From Adineta vaga (lineage: Eukaryota; Animalia; Rotifera): a stretch of DNA of 64,000 bases. The notes beneath the pieces were generated by a model. That model saw nothing but the letters and a program-made list of their open reading frames with translations, ran no database searches and had not been told where the DNA came from. The translations under genes and the position numbers were made by a program. The stretch spans positions 16,182,001-16,246,000 of the forward strand of contig CP075494.1 of assembly GCA_021613535.1 (NCBI GenBank), read 5' to 3'. The stretch's first letter is position 1. Each line of letters opens with the position of its first letter. Positions 1-12,078 of this stretch are shown here, in pieces.

Positions 1-1521
1 GTCTATGATCCAAGCGTGATTGGTGCTTTTGATAAAGTATACACATCGATATTGTCTGTTTCAAATAAAATTTGTTCTCGAAAATCTTTTAGGGTTGTGC
101 TAAATTCATCAATCAGAATAACATTGAACAAACAATTGGTAGCATAAGAAAATCAGCAGTATTTTTAGCTCATTATTGTGATCTATTATTAAGAAAAAAG
201 TTATATATATATTTATTGAAAATAATAAATTTTTATTTATGATCTTTATGTAGAAGAAAAGGTGTGATAGATGATGATTGGGAAGATAAACTGAATAATA
301 TTCTAGTAAGGTATTCATTTATTTCCTTTCTAATATATGTTGTTCTGTTTTAGATTATTTTCAATTACATTGACGATAAAGATATTTTTATGAAATTTTA
401 TCAAAAAATGTTTGCAAAACGTTTAATTAATCAATCAAATGTATCAGATTCATTTGTTGACGAATCATTAATTTCACAGTTCAAAGTAAAAAAAGAAACT
501 TTTCACATTTCTATTAAGATTTCTTCTTGTTTCAATGTTTAGAGCAAATGTGGTCATGAATATACATCAAAATTAGAACAAATGTTCAAAGATATTCAAT
601 TAAGTAAAGATCTTACTAATGAGTATCAAAGATATCAGAAAAATACATATAATAATGAAATTGGTAAAGTATAATGACATAGAATAAGTATATGAACATA
701 TGAATTTGTCTTACTGTTTTTGTTTCAGATGATTTTTCTATGATGATTCTGACTTTAAATTTTTGGCCATTTTCGCAACCATCATCTATAATTTTGCCAA
801 TGAAAGTAAGAAGATATTTATTTAATCTGATAAACTTATAATATTAATTTTAGTTAAACAAAACATTTGATCATTTCACAAAATTTTATCTTATGAAACA
901 TAATAGTCGAAAATTAACATTACTTCATCAATATTCTCAAGGTGAATTACAAATGAATTTAAAAAACAAAAAATATCGATTAGAGGTAAGAATTACTTTA
1001 TGATTCATTGAAAAAAAAAACGAATTAATTCTATTGAAAAAGGTATCAATATATCAAATGATAATTTTATTATTATTTAATCAACAATCAAAATGGATTG
1101 TTGAACAAATTTATGATCAAACACAAATTAAATTAGATTTATTATTTGAAATTCTTTCTTATAGTTTTTCCTCGATACAAAATCTTGTTTAAAAGAAGAA
1201 AATCTTTATTTTGCAGTGATAAATTTCGATTGAATTTCATTGTTCCATTGAAATCGAATGAAACAAAAGATCTAAGTAAAACAATAGATGAAGAATAAAA
1301 AAGAACTTAAATATTCATTATTAATTCAAGAAGTTATTGAACAATTATATTCACGTTTTAAACCAAATATATCTTTGATTAAAGTAAATTTTATCGAATT
1401 TTTAATAATCAATTTAAAATCTTTCATTTTGTTTTCTTAGAAATGCATCGATATTTTAATTGAAAAAGGATATTTTGAACGTGATGCAAATGATAAAGAT
1501 ACTTTACATTATTTGGCTTGA
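1..1521 (+). pseudogene. Cullin (CUL1-like) C-terminal part, multi-exon, apparently disrupted
   Basis: Spliced exons translate to IIFNYIDDKDIFMKFYQKMFAKRLI (354-486), SKCGHEYTSKLEQMFKDIQLSKDL (from 543) and KCIDILIEKGYFERDANDKDTLHYLA* (1441-1521), which are cullin motifs. There is an in-frame TAA at 1296-1298 after TIDEE, a frame change, and the IVRIMK neddylation segment is absent. Confidence 0.85.
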
Positions 1522-1680
1522 ATATAATCGAATTCAACACTTCACTTTCGAAGAAAATTCCATTATAAATGTTTGTTTTTATATAAATTATAATAAACAT
1601 GAATCATGTATGCTGATATTCTCTTTATCTCCAAGTATTAGGACACAATTGTTGTGTTAATTACAATGAAATATAAAAAG

Positions 1681-1735
1681 TGAGGGTGTAGGTGTGAATC
1701 TCTCTTCTATATATTCACACCCACACCCACACCCA
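1681..1735. repeat. Telomere-like G/C palindrome
   Basis: TGAGGGTGTAGGTGTGAAT-ctctcttctatat-ATTCACACCCACACCCACACCC; 16-bp stem with 1 mismatch; 160 bp after the cullin stop. Confidence 0.9.
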
Positions 1736-1941
1736 GGATTTCTCTACACGACTTGCAAATGTAAAGTGAATGGAAGTTGGCGATCTATTGCTGGCAGTTG
1801 TAACAACTAAACATTTTCCTCATATTTATGTAGTTCCTCTCCGATTATAATGATCCTCTCTATTCAATAAAACTACCCTGAGTACTTATAGAATGAATTG
1901 ACGAATACATTCTATAAGAATATCTACCATCGTTCTTAATT

Positions 1942-2001
1942 TGAGGGTGATGGTGTGAGGGTGTATTCTCTCTTTAATAGTATCGCCCTCACTCACACCC
2001 T
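1942..2001. repeat. Telomere-like G/C palindrome
   Basis: TGAGGGTGATGGTGTGAGGGTG...attctctcttt...CGCCCTCACTCACACCCT. Confidence 0.85.
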
Positions 2002-2444
2002 GTTTTCGTGCTAAAACCAGATCAATTGTTAATATCGTACACTATTGCATTATAGCTATGTACAACAAATATTTGTGCATAGCTTATTTATATGGCGAAA
2101 AAAAGTGTGCTGAGTTCATCTGCATAAACGACCTGTTCTCTGCCTTTCGAAAAAAAAATTCAACTAATTTGGTTGAAGAGTCATGAAAATATTCAATTTT
2201 TTTCTCCCAGCCTATAGTGACTTTCTGGAAACTCTATATTATCTTTTTAGAAAATTGTGAGAAATGTTTTATTCGTTTTTTATTCTCATTAGTCTTAATA
2301 TAGATTCTTTTTATTTTTTAAAACGATTAGTTTATTTCTAGATTACATGTATAAAATCTCGATAAAAAAAGTATTGATTACAAAAACCTTTTGTTACGAA
2401 GTTATTTTGCATATATGCTGTTGAGCAACTTCATAAAATATTGT

Positions 2445-3443
2445 CTAATCACGATGTTCAATTGTTATCATAAAAGGTTCAGACGAACCATGTGTCCATG
2501 AACGGCAAAATTCATCCAGTTTTCGACGTACGTCAGCAGCTGATGATGAAGAATATTCGACGATTATTTCGTTTTTATCAATAAATGTCTTTTCACATAA
2601 CAGCTTTTCTCTTATATATGATTTGATTTTTTGTAGTGAGTTATTAATGGCATCAGGAGATAATGATGAATCTTTGAATTCTCTAATCTTCAAAATGCTC
2701 ACGGCATAATTACGTTTGTGTTCCAAAGGAGGGTGTAAATACATTTTTTCATTCGTCGTCTCGCTGCCATTTGAGCCGAGTGATAATTGTGATGAATTAC
2801 TAATTTGAGGATATGCTGATTGATGAATCTCTACAGTCGGACCTCGGTTAAAGCCTAAAAGTGGAGGTCGAGGATACGCGTCCATGATAGTTCTCTTAGC
2901 ATCTTCATGATTATGCAATGCGTGTTTCTCCATTTGATTTATTGTATGTTGATTACATTCAAAGATAACTATCTTTAAATCGCCATAAATCAGATAGTTT
3001 TCAGATTTTCTGGGCCATTTCGTCGATTTATCTATTGACAGATTCAGATCAAAGCCACATGACCAAAATAAAAGCTTTTGAGATGAACGATCGCAGCCGT
3101 TTATGCGACCAATAATCATATGTGATTTTCCAGCCGGAAGAGATGCTAAAGATGGCAAGGCATCATTATATTTGTTAATGATAAATGTTCTGATATCTTC
3201 CTGTGCTGATTCTGGTAAATATTTTCCCAAACAATCTTTAAAATCTTTTTGTACATTTGGTTGATTAAGATCTAATTGGAGAGGAATCGTTTTCATTTTT
3301 GGAACCGTCTCTAAATAGGCAGAAGTGCTTTCGAGCTCTTCTTGCATCAATCGATAAATAGCCGGATAGTCGCGAGACAACATCGAAGTAATACCATCAC
3401 TATGAAAAACGTGTCCAATTGTCGGATTCCATTGAGTAACCAT
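2445..3443 (-). CDS. Uncharacterised 332-aa protein, divergent paralog of 3949-4611
   Basis: Single-exon ORF. N-terminal FHSDGITSMLSRDYPAIYRLM resembles VYSDGISTHMRQHYPKVYELL of the neighbouring gene. A splice-acceptor-like tttttcag lies just before the ATG. Confidence 0.75.
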   Translation of the reverse strand: MVTQWNPTIGHVFHSDGITSMLSRDYPAIYRLMQEELESTSAYLETVPKMKTIPLQLDLNQPNVQKDFKDCLGKYLPESAQEDIRTFIINKYNDALPSLASLPAGKSHMIIGRINGCDRSSQKLLFWSCGFDLNLSIDKSTKWPRKSENYLIYGDLKIVIFECNQHTINQMEKHALHNHEDAKRTIMDAYPRPPLLGFNRGPTVEIHQSAYPQISNSSQLSLGSNGSETTNEKMYLHPPLEHKRNYAVSILKIREFKDSSLSPDAINNSLQKIKSYIREKLLCEKTFIDKNEIIVEYSSSSAADVRRKLDEFCRSWTHGSSEPFMITIEHRD

Positions 3444-3948
3444 GCCTGAAAAAGTAAAACTTGAAATGTATAGTTTAGTATTATAATGTTAAATATATAT
3501 ATATACTTGTACATGTACCCTTGAGTAATCAAAAGGAAATTTATGGTCGGTTTTTGCCAGCGTTATTCATTCATTCATTCAACCTTTTAAGTGAAAACGT
3601 AGGAAAAGAATCACTGTATAATCTCTTTCTGATATCAAGTGTATTGTATTAATCATTTCGATACCGATATCTCCTCTTGATGACATGACAGAACACGAAA
3701 GATATATGTTAGAAGCGAAGGAGTTACAAGTATATATCATAAATAAAATCATTCACTATTAGTAATAAAAGTAGGAAAGAAAGAATAAGTATGGAAAAAT
3801 TCAACATAAGATTCACAACACTTCGCGATCCTTCTATATGTAAATATAATCGAGATATATTAACTGATGTAAATCATCATTTTCAATCTTACACAGTCTA
3901 CTAGCTACACATATTGGTTTTTGTATCTTATTATTCTTCCTCCATATC

Positions 3949-4611
3949 ATGACATCGAACACTATTACCGATACGCAAAAACTTGCACGCATCGTATATA
4001 GTGATGGAATATCGACGCATATGCGTCAACACTATCCGAAGGTCTATGAACTTTTATGTTGGGATCTGAAAAACACAGCAACTGTTTTATGTATCGCAGG
4101 AGCCTTTGAATTATGGCAATTTACAAAAAGATTACGCTATGCACAATCCGGTACAGACAACATTAAAACATGGAGTGATTATAAAAAAGGCATTCATGAG
4201 TATCTCAAAAGTCTCAACGATGATAATCGTCTAGAACCAGCACGTGACATACTTGCAAATCATATCCACGACGTACATTTTGAAAAATTTCCAAAATGGC
4301 CATCAGTTTTGTCTGAATCACAAGAAAGTGATATTCATATCGATATCTCATCGACTTATCCTAATGATTCTTGGTATGTTGGTTGGTCGTTCATCGGATA
4401 CATTAAGATCTCAGATACTCGATCTGGACTATCTTCGTATTATACTGATTTCGAAGGTAAACCTGAACTGAAAATTTTATATTGCAACGAGAGAGAGTTG
4501 AAAAGATTTGAAGCACTCGCACAAAAAGATATGGAACAAGTCAAAACTATGATTCAAAGTAATACAAAAGAGCTAACATTCGCAGAATTACACGAAATGA
4601 TGTCACGTTAA
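3949..4611 (+). CDS. Uncharacterised 220-aa protein, divergent paralog of 2445-3443
   Basis: Single-exon ORF with the shared SDGI...YPxxYxL motif; AATAAA downstream near 4674. Confidence 0.75.
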   Translation: MTSNTITDTQKLARIVYSDGISTHMRQHYPKVYELLCWDLKNTATVLCIAGAFELWQFTKRLRYAQSGTDNIKTWSDYKKGIHEYLKSLNDDNRLEPARDILANHIHDVHFEKFPKWPSVLSESQESDIHIDISSTYPNDSWYVGWSFIGYIKISDTRSGLSSYYTDFEGKPELKILYCNERELKRFEALAQKDMEQVKTMIQSNTKELTFAELHEMMSR

Positions 4612-4793
4612 ACTTTTTTTCATCATGAAAATATGAATTTTTAAAAACATTTTCTATGTTTTCCATATTGAAAAATAAAAAAAGATATCTATTTGAACGA
4701 GGTATTATCAATTGGATACCATTTTGTTTAAAATAAATGAGTAATTTAAATAGCAGTATCTAATGGAAGCGTGTTAACAATAGCAGATGAAAC

Positions 4794-4864
4794 AGGGTGT
4801 GGGTGTGAGTGTGGGTTAAGAGTAGAGCCTGATCCACAGCCATCATCACACGCCCTCACCCACT
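4794..4864. repeat. Telomere-like G/C palindrome
   Basis: AGGGTGTGGGTGTGAGTGTGGG-ttaagagtagag...-CACACGCCCTCACCCAC; 183 bp after the stop at 4611. Confidence 0.85.
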
Positions 4865-5669
4865 ATTCACATAAACAAATCTTTCTCTCTTTCATTTCTA
4901 TCATACCTCTATTTTTTCGTTATTGAATAAACATGATGAAATCACTTTTATCGTTAACGCGGAAAGGAAAGAAAACCATCATAATCAATTTGATTTTCGA
5001 TCAACATTAAAACAAGATATTAATTTCATATGTCAACATTATCTTCCAAATCTTATTCATTTACATATATTGATAATAATAATAATAATAATAATTGTGA
5101 AAACAAATGTAAATTAATTCGAAAGATTTTAAGTAATATTCAGTATTTATTAAATTTAATTTATTGTTATATAAACATTTCATTCAATCAATATGAAAGT
5201 ATTATTGATCATTTAAAGGATATAAAACAATCGTTTATTATACATTACCTTATAGATTTACTAATTTTTCTTTATTCGATCATTGGATTAAAGCTGAATA
5301 TAAACATATCCAGAAAAAGATATTTCTTTATTATATAATTTAGTACATTCATTTGATTACAAAATTCTTTTAGTTAATCTATTATCTATGAAAAAACTTT
5401 ATAACTAATTACGTCGATTTATACCAAACAACTATTATGATCATATGGTTGTTCATATATACGATCTCAAGGTTTGTCTTGTTCTATGGAATATGATGCC
5501 TATTACTTTCAGCAAGACCAGATAAAATAATTCCTGGTTTAGTTACAAGTTGTTTACATGTTTATTCTCCTCTTTTATTATCATTTCAATGTTTTTACAA
5601 TGTATTATATATTCAAATGATTTTTAAATGGTCATCAGATCAATCAATTCACGTACTATATATTAATCT

Positions 5670-5733
5670 TGACGGTGTGGGTGACATTAATGGAAAACAA
5701 GGAAAACACATTCACATATATACTCACACCCTC
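5670..5733. repeat. Telomere-like G/C palindrome
   Basis: TGACGGTGTGGGTG...ACTCACACCCTC. Confidence 0.75.
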
Positions 5734-6239
5734 GCAGAAACCGAAATTCGCTCGTTACATGGACAACACATTTTTTCATTTAATACCTATTTTTTTGTAA
5801 TTATCATATATTACTAAGCGTATCGAGTGCAAAAATAACTGTCACGCATGATAAAATCAGTATTTTTCTTTTATCGTTCTCTTTTTTTTATTAATAAAGA
5901 TACGTCAATGGCAATTATGTATACATATAATAATAATAATAATCAAGAGAAGAAAAAAACTGTCGTTTTAACGTTAGACTAGATATAAACAACGTGCATA
6001 TTATCTTTACGAAAATATGAAAAATATTTTATTGAACTATCAGTCATACAAATGTAATTTTTGTTAAGAAAGTTTGTACTCAAAAATAAAAGGTCATTCA
6101 TATACATTTTCACTACATCACAAATAGATGACGTTGTTATTTACCTATTTCATGAGGGTTGCGTTTTTTGGCAATTAGAAATAATATATATCATTAAAAT
6201 ATCCTCGTATTCTTGTTAACTTGCTTTCTTTTATTGCAA

Positions 6240-9200
6240 ATGAATATGAATGCGGAGAACAATAAATCTACATCCGCCGAATACTCACAAACAAGAAAAA
6301 ACTCGTCTGAAAGTATCAATGATGGTGAATTATTTGTAATACAGAAAGCTAATAAAGAAAATATCATTAAAAATGTTAATGAAGTAAACATATCCAATAC
6401 AAATGTAAAAAATCGGTATAAAATCTTAGTTCTATTTTCATTATGATTATTTCTATTTTCCTCTTTTATTAGACATGGAAAATGTTGGTCAAAACTTTGC
6501 TATTATTTGCCTTTTTATTTATTTGCTATATTTATAAGTCTCTCAATTACAGTTGGTGTCGTTACTGTTTATTCAACTTCACCAAAACACATAAGTGAGT
6601 TTCTTAATGACTGAATTTAGTTGAAATTTAATATAAAATTAGATGAAACGTGTCAACCAACATTCAAGCCATCAGCTGAACGTTTAATTACTCATGATGC
6701 ACGTACTCGACAAGCTGCTGTCGGTGATCTAAATAATGATGGATATTTGGATATTGTAGTAGTTAATTCTGGCACTGATTCTATTGGAATATTCATCGGA
6801 TATGGTAATGGAATGTTTGCAAGTCAAATTACACAATCAACAGGTCTTAATTCTCGTCCTTATTCAGTTGCTGTTGGAAATTTTAATAATGATAGTTTAC
6901 TCGATATTGCCATTGCTAACTATGATACTCACAGTGTAGGTGTCATTTTTGGTTATGGTAATGGAAGCTTTATTGAAAGTCCAATAATAACATTACTTGG
7001 TGCATCTCGTCCTCTTTCATTAGCTATAGGACATTTTAATAATGACAATTTTCTTGATATCGCTGTTGTTAATTATGGTACAATGAATGTAATAATACTT
7101 TTAGGATATAATGATGGATCATTTCGCATTGAACATATTTTTTATATGGGTCATGATTCTATTCCATATTCACTTACGATTGCTGATTTTAATGATGATC
7201 AACATTCTGATATTGCCATTGTTAACTATGGTACTAGCGAGTTGATCGTGCTTTTGTCATCCGAAAATCAAACCTGGATTAATTATAAATATTCAACAGG
7301 AAAAACGTCTCAACCAATGTCAATTTCATTTGGACATTTTAATAATGATACGAAATTGGATATTGTTGTTAGTAATTCTGGTACTAGTGATATAGGAATC
7401 TTCTATGGTCATGGAGATGGAAGTTTTATAAATATGAAAACATTTTCAACTGGTACGGGTAGTCGTCCACGGTTTGTTCAAGTTGCAGATTTTGATAATG
7501 ATACGCGAGTTGAGATTGTCGTTGTTGATTCTGAATATGATAATGTCATTGTATTGAAAGGAGATAGATATGGAAATTTTAGTATAATAACAACACATTC
7601 AACTGGATATAATTCTGATCCTTGTGCAATTGTCACTGGTGATTTTGATAATGATAATATACCAGATATTGCTATTACCAATAATTATACAAATAATATT
7701 CTTATACTTACTTCATTTTATCGTTTTCCTCAGACAACTCAAACTATGTATTCTACTGGTTCATCTTCTAACCCAAATGCTGTTGATATTAATGATTTAA
7801 ATCATGATAATTATCTGGATATTGTTGTTGCAAATGCTGGTAGTAATACTATTAGTATTTTTCTCAATCAAGGTAATGGAAGTTTTTATGAACAAAAAAC
7901 ATATTATATGGGAAGCAGCACTAGACCGATCTTCGTTGCTACTGGTGATTTTAATAATGATAAACATATAGATATTGTTGTAGTGTTATTTAATTCAAAC
8001 AGAATACAAATCTTACTTGGATATGGTAATGGAACATTTAGGAATGGAGAGTCATATTCAACAGGATCTAGTGCTAGTTCATATACTGCTTTTGTTAGTG
8101 ATATTAATAATGATAAGAATGTCGATATTATTGTATCTAATTATAATAGTGGCAATGTTGGTTTATTTATTGGATATGGTAATGGAACATATAAACCTAT
8201 GGTTAAATTATTATCAGGATATTCTTTTTATCCGAAATGTGCTAGTGTAGCCGATATAAATAATGATTCAATAATGGATATTATTGCATCCGATAGTTAT
8301 ACTGGTGGCATTGCTATACTTTTAGGATATGGTAATACAACTTTTCAAGCACCAAAAATGATTTCAACTAATCGGGATCTTCCAAATTGTTTTAGTATTG
8401 GTGATATTAATAATGATCAACAATTAGATATTGTCTATACTGATACTTTATATTCACATCTTGGAATTTTGTTAGGTAATGGAAATGGAACATTTACACA
8501 ATTAGTTCAATATCTAACAAATCGTGGTTCAAAACCATGGTTTCTTGATTTTGGTTATTATAACAATGATAATTTCATTGATATATTAGTTAGTAATTCA
8601 TATGATGCAAGTATAACTATTTTTCTAGGAAATGCCAATGGAACATTTAATACACAAGTCGCATTTCCTACTGGATATCAATCCATACCATGGTCTGTCA
8701 AATTTGCTGATTTTAATAATGATAATCAAGAGGATATTGTCGTTGGTAATGATGGAACTAACAATATACTGATATTTCTTGTACATTATGAAGAAGATTT
8801 TAGAAATGAAACAAGTTATTTAACTGGCTCTGCTTCACATCCATATTCGATTAGTGTTGGTGATTTAAATAAGAATGGAAAACAAGATATTGTTGTTACT
8901 AATACCGGTAGTGATAGTTTTGAAATACTTCTTGATTATGAAAATGGAAAGTTTATGGAAAGAATTCTCTTTTCAGTCGATGAAGGTTCACATCCACAAG
9001 ATGTGATTATTGCAGATTTTAATAAAGATAATTTATCCGATATAGCCGTAGTAAATTTTTGGGGAAATAATGTACATGTATTTCTTGGATTTATCAATGG
9101 ATCTTTTCAATCTAAAACTACATATTCAACAGGATCTAAATCTCTTCCTAATTCAATTGCTGCTGGTGATTTTAATAAAGATAATAGAACGGATATTGTT

Positions 9201-10940
9201 GTTGTTAATTATGGTACGGATAGTATTGCTGTATTTCTTGCATCTGTCTTTAGTACATTTAAAAATTATCTTGTACTTGTACCTGGTTATCTTCCAAGTC
9301 CACTTAATGTTATTGCCGCTGATTTCAATAATGATGGTCAATTAGATATGGCAGTAACGAGCAATTATATTTACAATCTTGAAATATATTTAGGCTACGG
9401 TAATGGAACATTTTCCGATTCTATGTCATATTATACTGGCTATTATTCTGAACCATATGAATTGGCTGCTGGCGACTTTAATAATGACAATTATCTCGAT
9501 ATTGTTGTCGCTAATTCTGGTAGCAATAATATCGGAATTTTTTTTGGATATGGTAATGGAACATTTCAATCTCAAAAAACATTTTCAACAGGATCATCTT
9601 CTAATCCAAGCTCAGTGGCTATTGGAGATTTTAATAATGATAAAAACTTAGATATTGCTGTCGGTAATTATTATAGTAGTAATATATATTTATTTCTTGG
9701 AAATGGTAATGGTTCATTTGAAGGAAAAGTTGTATTTTCGACATATTATTCTTACAGTATAAATTCTCTTGCTGTTGGTGATGCAAATAATGATGGAATT
9801 CTGGATATTTTTGTACCTGACTACTATTACGATCAAGTTAACATTTTACTAGGATATGGTAATGGTAGTTTTCAAAAACCTATCATATTATCGACTGGAT
9901 ATTATTCTCGTCCTTTCTTAATTGCTCTTGGTGATTTCAATGAAGATAAGTTACTTGATATTGTTATTGCTAATTATCAGACTAGTACTACTGTTATCAT
10001 TATCAATTATGGTAATAATACTTTTTTATTACGAAATACTTATTTAGCTACTTCTCGATCAGAATTTGCTTCACTTGTCGTTGCTGATATGAATAATGAT
10101 GCAATACTTGATATTCTTGTTACGGATTATGATAGTCAAAATAGTAGTATAGCTATTTATTATGGATATGGTGATGGTAATTTTACATTACCTAAATTAT
10201 ATCCAGCTGCTGTAAATTCTCAACCAGTATCATTAACTACTGGTGATTTTAATAATGATAATAAAAGTGATTTTGCTGTTGTATATTATAATCATCAAAG
10301 TGTAAGTGTTAGACTTCAAGATGACAATGAACCTTTTGGAACACCAGAAATGATTTCTACTGGTAATGGTTCTGCTTCACAATCAGTTGTTGTTGATGAT
10401 TTGAATAATGATGGTCATCTAGATATTGTAGTGACAAATACGAATTCTGATAATATCGGTATTTTTCTTGGATTTGGTAATGGTTCTTTTAATAAACAAT
10501 TAACTTATTCAACTGGTAATGATTCTCAACCAACTTCAATTGCTATCGGTGATTTGAATAATGATGATTATATAGATATTATTATAATCAATTCAAATAA
10601 TTATAATGTTGGCATTTTTTTTGGTTATGGAAATGGAACATTCGATAATATGATAATTTATTCACTTGATATTAGTTCTGATTTATCATCAATTGCCGTA
10701 GAAGATCTGAATAAAGATAATTATTTAGATCTTATCATTGCTAATTGGGGTAGCAATAATATACATGTCGCTTTTGGACTTGGTAATGGAACTTTTGGTA
10801 ATTCAAAATTATATTCTGTTGGTTATAATTCTCGTCCACTAGGTTTAGCTATTACAGATATTGACAATAATGATCTAATGGATATTATCGTTGCTAATTA
10901 TGATGCTGATTATGTTGAAATTCTTTTGCAGAAATGTTAA
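6240..10940 (+). CDS. Type II membrane protein with a long array of FG-GAP/VCBS repeats (about 1530 aa)
   Basis: Exons 6240-6415, 6473-6594 and 6643-10940 splice in frame via GT-AG introns. Exon 2 encodes a TM helix (LPFYLFAIFISLSITVGVVTVY). Exon 3 has more than 25 GDFNNDxxxDIVVxN...GxGNGTF repeats. Confidence 0.92.
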
Positions 10941-11423
10941 TTGATACTATGAAATAGAAGTACAAAATAAAACTGACGTTTTTATTCTTTATTGTAAAGT
11001 TCAGGCAATGCAAACGTCGAGTGAAAATTTGTTTTTGTTCTTTTTTCCACATCTTCTGATAGAGTTTTAGAATCCGATCACGAATATCTACTTTTTAACC
11101 TTACCAAAATCTTCCTTCCAGTCTAAAATGCCAAATACTTCAGAAAAGTCAGTTTTAGACAAAACTGCAGCTGTTTACGAAATACCCGATATATTTTTAT
11201 TTTCCAACTGCTTTGTCCTTTTTCGACATCATAAATTGAATCCAAAAAAGTTCTCAGATCGACTCTAGCTTTAAAACTATCTATGAGGGGACGCTTCAAA
11301 TCTCACTGATTTTAGTATTACGAAGCCAATTTTGTAAACCTACCTAGTTTTTGAGGGTGGCTGATAAAGCACTAAATTTTATCTCATTCAACTCATCATA
11401 CCTGTTACGATCTGTGTTATACA

Positions 11424-11608
11424 CCCAGGTCAAAACGTGTCCATCCGATCCGGTTGATCCCGTATATTTCCGAAAAGAACCTGTTGGCACTCTATCGAAA
11501 TCCCAACCACCGGAATCCGACGTCGGAATAAATCGGAACCCATACACAATTGATCTATATCCTGTCGGACTCTGTCGAAATCCGTTAGTTAGGATTGATT
11601 CACCTGGG
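11424..11608. mobile_element. Non-autonomous DNA transposon/MITE with CCC...GGG ends (EnSpm/CMC-like)
   Basis: Termini CCCAGGTCAA / TTCACCTGGG (10-bp IR, 1 mismatch), flanked by CA on both sides (2-bp TSD). Internal CCGA/GGAAT/GGATC repeats as in 57627-58688. Confidence 0.65.
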
Positions 11609-12078
11609 CACAAGATCATATCTACTTCTTTCTTTCCGCCCTCAAGAAGTGATATATTTTTCATAGAGCACAATTTATATTTAGAAAATACATACAAAAG
11701 TAAAGAAATAAAAGTTTGTCCTCTACAAAAATTTGCGCATGTGATAAAATTTCATCTGACGGATGGAGGCGTTACATTCACTTGTAACTTATCTACATCC
11801 ACCCTTACATTGCATTATACCTATCCATATACTTGGCTACAAACTCACCATCACTCATACTCACATCCCATTCACCCTTGCTCCCCTCCTACTCACTACA
11901 ATCACTGTTGAATTATTTGATTACTGATTGCAAATATAAATCTTTATTTCGTACACAGGTGATTCGTGTACAAATAGTACGTGCGCATTTTTCAATGCGC
12001 AAGCATCGAGTTTCTTATGAATTGTCTCAAGAATAACGTTCTTATTATGGCAATGTAAGGTCAATAAATGGAACGTTT

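Noticed and set aside
5074-5094. Microsatellites (AAT)n here, and (AG)n at about 15172 and 42078
   Set aside because: Ordinary short simple repeats.
4923-5640. Possible decayed gene fragment between two palindromes
   Set aside because: Coding-like composition but no assignable motif or consistent frame.
7478-9651. Short alternative-frame and antisense ORFs within the FG-GAP gene
   Set aside because: Shadows of the repetitive main frame.
11344-11911. ORFs of 117 and 186 aa
   Set aside because: They span a MITE and the C-rich arm (giving His/Pro/Thr-rich translation) and have no recognisable domain.
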